Positions 36,874 through 41,418 of a stretch of 41,418 nucleotides of DNA are shown here, piece after piece. The translations under genes were made by a program, and so were the position numbers. Origin of the DNA: Moniliella sp. 'wahieum' (taxonomy: Eukaryota); NCBI GenBank assembly GCA_003971905.1, contig RSEE01000013.1, positions 930,001-971,418 of the forward strand, in the 5' to 3' direction. Position 1 is the stretch's first letter. Each line of letters starts with the position of its first letter. A model generated the notes under the pieces. That model worked only from the letters and a program-made list of their open reading frames with translations, was not told the DNA's origin and did no database searches.

Positions 36874-37561
36874 CCCCTCCCCTCGTTCGCTTGGCACGAT
36901 GCTGTGGCCGCTCGGATCAGACTTGGATTTCTCGCCTATGCGAATACACACGGCTGGGGTGGCGCTGCGATGCGGTGTCGGCCGGTGGGTTTTGGGCGGA
37001 GATGAATGTTGATCCGCGCAGGGACCAATGTAGGAGTGGGCTGGATGGTGAATGGGTCGACGTACGTGCTGAAGAAGACACGTGTAGGTGCTTGGTGCTG
37101 GGATGGCAAGAGAGGCTGAGAGATCGGGTGAGAGCTGGGACTGAGAGTTGGGAGTTGGGGGTTGGGATCTGCGATGCGATCTGCTGGCCATCCCCCCCGG
37201 AAGCAGGCACGTGCAGCGCTCCCGTGACCCGCGGTGGTGTGCTTTGGATGGGGCAGCGTGGGGCTGGGCTGGACGGGCGGGCGACTGGCCCAGGGAGGAG
37301 GTACCCGACTAGCAGGCAAGCGGCAGCTGAACATTGCATTCCTACTCCCCTGCGACGCGCGCGGGTATGTTGATGGTGTATCCATGAGCCAACCCTAGCG
37401 CCCCGTGCCCCCGGCCCAGGCAGGGGCCGCTGTGGGGACTAGGGTTGGGCCAGGGCAGCGGCGCTAGGTGTGTGTTGGGCTACCTGCTGTGCGCTGGGCC
37501 TCCGTCTGCCGCATCTGCTGTCCTGCGCCCGCCCCCCACCACCACCCGCCGCCGCTCTGCC

Positions 37562-40149
37562 ATGTCTGCCGTGCCTGCGCTCCCACGCGAGCTGCGGCCC
37601 ATCCAGCCCTCGGCCGACCCCCGCGCCGCGCCCTGCCGCCGTCCGCGGCGCCGGTCGCCTGGCCGAGGACAAGGAAACCAGCCGGCGCACCACCCGTTGG
37701 CGCCGCCGCCAAGGCGCCTCCTGCCTCCACCAAGCAGCACACCAGCAAGAAATCCGTCCTGCCCACCGCCCCTGCTGTCATCGTCGACGCCCATGGGTAC
37801 GAGTACCAGACCGGTCGGGTCCTGGGCCAGGGTGGGTTTGCGCGCGTGTACGACGCCCAGGCCGCCGACGGCACCCACTACGCTTTCAAAGTCATCGACA
37901 AGGTCTCGGTCCTCTCCTCCAAACGCAACCGTGGAAAGCTCCTGGCCGAGATGAAAATCCACAAGTCGATGCGCCATGCCCACATTGTTGGCTTCCTGGA
38001 CGAATTCGAGGACTCGAGCAACGTTTACTTTAAGCTGGAGCTCTGTGCTTACGGTGTATGTTTCTGTTGGATGCTCTGACTCCTGCGCATTCCGATGGGC
38101 GTGCGAGGTCCTATCGTATGCTAACCTTTTCTTCTGGCTCCAGAGCATCAATGACATGATCAAAAGCGCGGCCGTTTCAGCGAAGAGGAGTCGCGCTACT
38201 TTATGGTCCAGATTCTGACTGCCTGCCAACATATGCATCTCAACTCGGTCATCCATCGTGACCTCAAGTTGGGCAACATCATGCTCGACGGCAACATGCA
38301 TATCAAATCGGCGACTTTGGCTTGGCTGCGCTCTTGTCGTACCCGGAAGAGCGCAAGCGCACTGTCTGCGGAACGCCAAACTACATTGCCCCAGAGATCT
38401 TGTACGACCAAGGTCAGGGCCATTCCTTCGAGGTGGACATTTGGTCCGTCGGGGTCATTCTCTACACGCTCGTCGTTGGCAAACCCCCCTTTCAAACTTC
38501 CAACGTGCAAAAGATTTACGAACGCATCAAGCGCAACGAATACGAGATCCCGCCCGACTGCCCCATCTCCCCCGAGGCCCACGATTTGATCAATGCCATT
38601 CTGCAACCTGACCCGCTGCTCCGCCCCACGCTGGTCCAGATCATGAACCATCCGTGGATCACCATGGGCCCTGTGCCTCTCAGTCTGACGGCCAGTTCGG
38701 TGAACGCGATGGCCATCTTGCCCCCCATCTCCCTGCCCCAAAGCCAAGCCAACCTGCTCCACCTTCAACAGATCGGCAACTGGATCCCCAACGCGGACGA
38801 AGAGTTGCCTGAGGAACTGGAGGACGTAGAGATGACCGACGCTGAGCCCACTGGGCGCGAAGATCTTCGGTCTCGTCTTGGCGCCATGGTCGACATTGAG
38901 AACCAGCGTGCCCAAGCCAACTCGGAGGCCGAACAGGCAGTCAACCCCGACATGCCGGTCTCCACGTTGCTCAAGCTGGGCAACCCTTGCAAAAGGTCCC
39001 TTCCTCTGCTGCGGCGGCCTTGCGTGCCCCACGCCGCCCGCCTCTTGCTTCCCATTCTTCTTCTGCTACCCCTCCCACCACCCGTCCCCCCTTCACGGCC
39101 CGCATTGTCGACCACCTCGCGGCGGCGATGCGCGCGTACGAAGCCAACACGGATCTGGCCATCCCCTTGCCTCTGGACGCTTTCCCCGCTTCGGTCGCCC
39201 TTGGCCCCTAAGGCACCGATCATGGAAGCACAACCACGTTCGGATGGGACGGTGCGTCGCTGTCCTCCTACGCCCGCGGCTTTTCCTCTCGTGGCTCGAT
39301 GCGTCGGACCGGTACGGGTTGGGCTATGCCTTGTCCAATGGCTCGGTGGGCGTTGCATTTCCGAGACGGGTCGACGACGGTGCTTGCGCCGTCGCGGACC
39401 GGTTCGAGTACGTTTGCCCTACCCGGCGAGCGGCAGCTGTGGGACCGAGCCCGGCCGATGCCGAGTCTCAACTGGGTTCGGATCTGTTGCGCCGAAAAGA
39501 GTACCCTCTCCCGCGCAACAGTCACGCGCGACGTGCTTTCCGAGGCAGCGACGGACCAGGTGGCGGCGCTGCTGAGACAGGCTGCCGAACAGTACCTCTC
39601 CAAGGACCTGGTCAACAAACTCGAAATCCTCATGTACTTCCAAGCCGAGATCACTGACCGCTTGTGCGGCGCGGACCATCCGTTGATGCGCGTCGCCTCG
39701 GCCGGCAGCTTGGAGGGCAAGCCACTCCCCTTTGTCCACCGTTGTTCCGCGCCAGCACGGCGATCGTCTTTGTGTTTTCCGACGACCTGGTGCAGTTTAA
39801 CTTTTACGACCACATCAAGGTGCTCATCTCGAACCGCGGCGCAGTCGTGGGCGCCATGGTTCCTAACGAGGCACCGCTCGCTGGCTCCCCCGGTGGACCA
39901 CCGGCTCACCTACTGTTCACTTGGCGCCTCGATGAACTAGTCAACATTACCCGTCGCGACCGGTCGCAACGCGAGGCCGCCGCGCTCGCCGCTGCCCACG
40001 CCGCCATATCTTCCCGTCCCGTGCCGCTCTCGGACTTGGTCCAGATTAACATCACTTCCCCCGAAGAACGCAGGGCCGCACGAAGAGTGTGGCGTAAACT
40101 TCCTGTTTGCTGGGAAGTTTTGGCCAAGAGCTCCGGGCTGGACGGGTAA
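37562..40149 (+). CDS. CDC5: Polo-like kinase
   Basis: LGQGGFARVY, AFKVI, EMKIHKSM, HRDLKLGN, ERKRTVCGTPNYIAPE and HSFEVDIWS; polo-box segments WLDASDRYGLGYALSNGSVGV and VQFNFYDHIKV. Intron 38056-38143. Several frameshifts. Confidence 0.96.
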
Positions 40150-40251
40150 CGTGTAAAGCCCGGGTTCCGCTTTGCCCCCCTCCTCCCCCCTATTGAACCC
40201 CCCCACGACCATCGGTCCCGATCCCATCTGAGCTCTTGTTGCCCTTCCCCT

Positions 40252-40293
40252 TTTGCCTTCGCTTCGCCTTCGCCTTCGCCTTCGCCTTCGCCT
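40252..40293 (+). repeat. TTCGCC hexamer microsatellite
   Basis: Read directly, downstream of the CDC5 stop. Confidence 0.85.
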
Positions 40294-41418
40294 TTCATCT
40301 TTCACCTTCTCTCGCCCTGGCTGTCCTGGGGATCGCAACCCCCCCCTGAAGGCTACTCGCTCTGTCGTTTGCCTTGCTGCGGCTTGCACTGCTATATAAT
40401 TCTGGTAGGGTGCGCCCCCTTGCTCACCCCCCTCATTCAGGCTCAAATCTTTTCATCTTTTTTACCCTTACCTTTACCTTTACCCCAACCTACATCACTA
40501 CCCCCACTCGCGTCCCGCGCTCCAGTCCCGTTCCCCCCACCCGCTACGCGTCTTCTCCTTACTGCCCACTGATCAACTGCTCCCCTCTCTCCCCGTACAA
40601 CCCTCGTCGCTCTCTTGTTGGCTGTTGTCGGCCCCCGCGCTGCGCCTTATGTCCATGCTACTGGCCTAAGGCCTAATCCTCGCTTCCCCTCTCGCCACCC
40701 TACTGAACTAACCCTTTTGTACGCCTGCCACATGTTATGCCGGACCAGATAGTCGGATCGAACGTGCCGCAGTACAGGCCTCCATGGACTAAGGCCCCCA
40801 CTGCGCATTGGATGGCCCGCGCTGATGCTCTGATGCGCGGTCGGAGGGTCGGGCCCAGGATTAGTGAGGGGGTGTCACGTGTCACAGTGACATGCGACAT
40901 GGGCGGGGGGGGGACGTTCATCAATTATTTGTGGCGCGCCCGCGGCCGCAAGCTCGTTGCGAGGTGCGAGGTAGTGAGTGGAGTCAACGTGGTCAACGGT
41001 GAGGTGAACGTTTAGCGTACTCCACAGTAGCCGGTGGCGAACGATGGAACGGTGCGGGAAGGGGGGTTCAACGTTGTTCAACGTTCAGTCTGATTGCGAG
41101 CCCGTGGTGACCGGCGACCAGCGTACGTTGAACGTGTTGAACGAAGCTGAGTGAACGTGATGACGGTTCTACTCGCCCCTACTATTACACTAGCCAGCAT
41201 CTTTGGTTAATTCAACCGGATCGCATTAGGGTCGTGCTCTGCTGCTCTCGGTGCTTGTACCAATAAACCAGTACGTTAGGTTGTCCCCCCAAGCAGGACC
41301 TGGGATAGGGACGGGGGCCAAGCGAAAAGAGACACATTGTTTGTGTGTGCTACAGTAAAAAGGAAACCAAGGGAATGGAAGGGAAATAACCCAAAGGGAA
41401 GAAGGGAAGGGAAGGGAA

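Overview
This is a GC-rich fungal genomic window, probably a basidiomycete (inferred from protein-family style and short GT..CTRAC..AG introns). The first ~10.5 kb is gene-poor. It holds a ~1.03 kb non-coding element with long terminal inverted repeats and twin-hairpin ends, a degenerate second copy of that terminus, one C2H2 zinc-finger gene and dense short-repeat clusters. The rest is gene-dense: LEU1 (+), Pil1/Lsp1-like BAR protein (-), Hsp110 SSE1 (-) head-to-head with SmD3 (+), Dsd1-family PLP enzyme (-), RidA-family deaminase (+), a divergent transketolase-like ThDP enzyme (-), SIT4/PP6 (+), BEM1/scd2 (+) and Polo kinase CDC5 (+). Nearly every gene has 1-nt frameshifts, most likely long-read consensus errors, so gene models were stitched by hand across frames. 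The main leads are (i) the hairpin-ended TIR element, (ii) an intergenic repeat pattern of TGA/TCA spacers alternating with interchangeable palindromic tetramers, and (iii) a candidate Dsd1 + RidA + ThDP-enzyme metabolic module.
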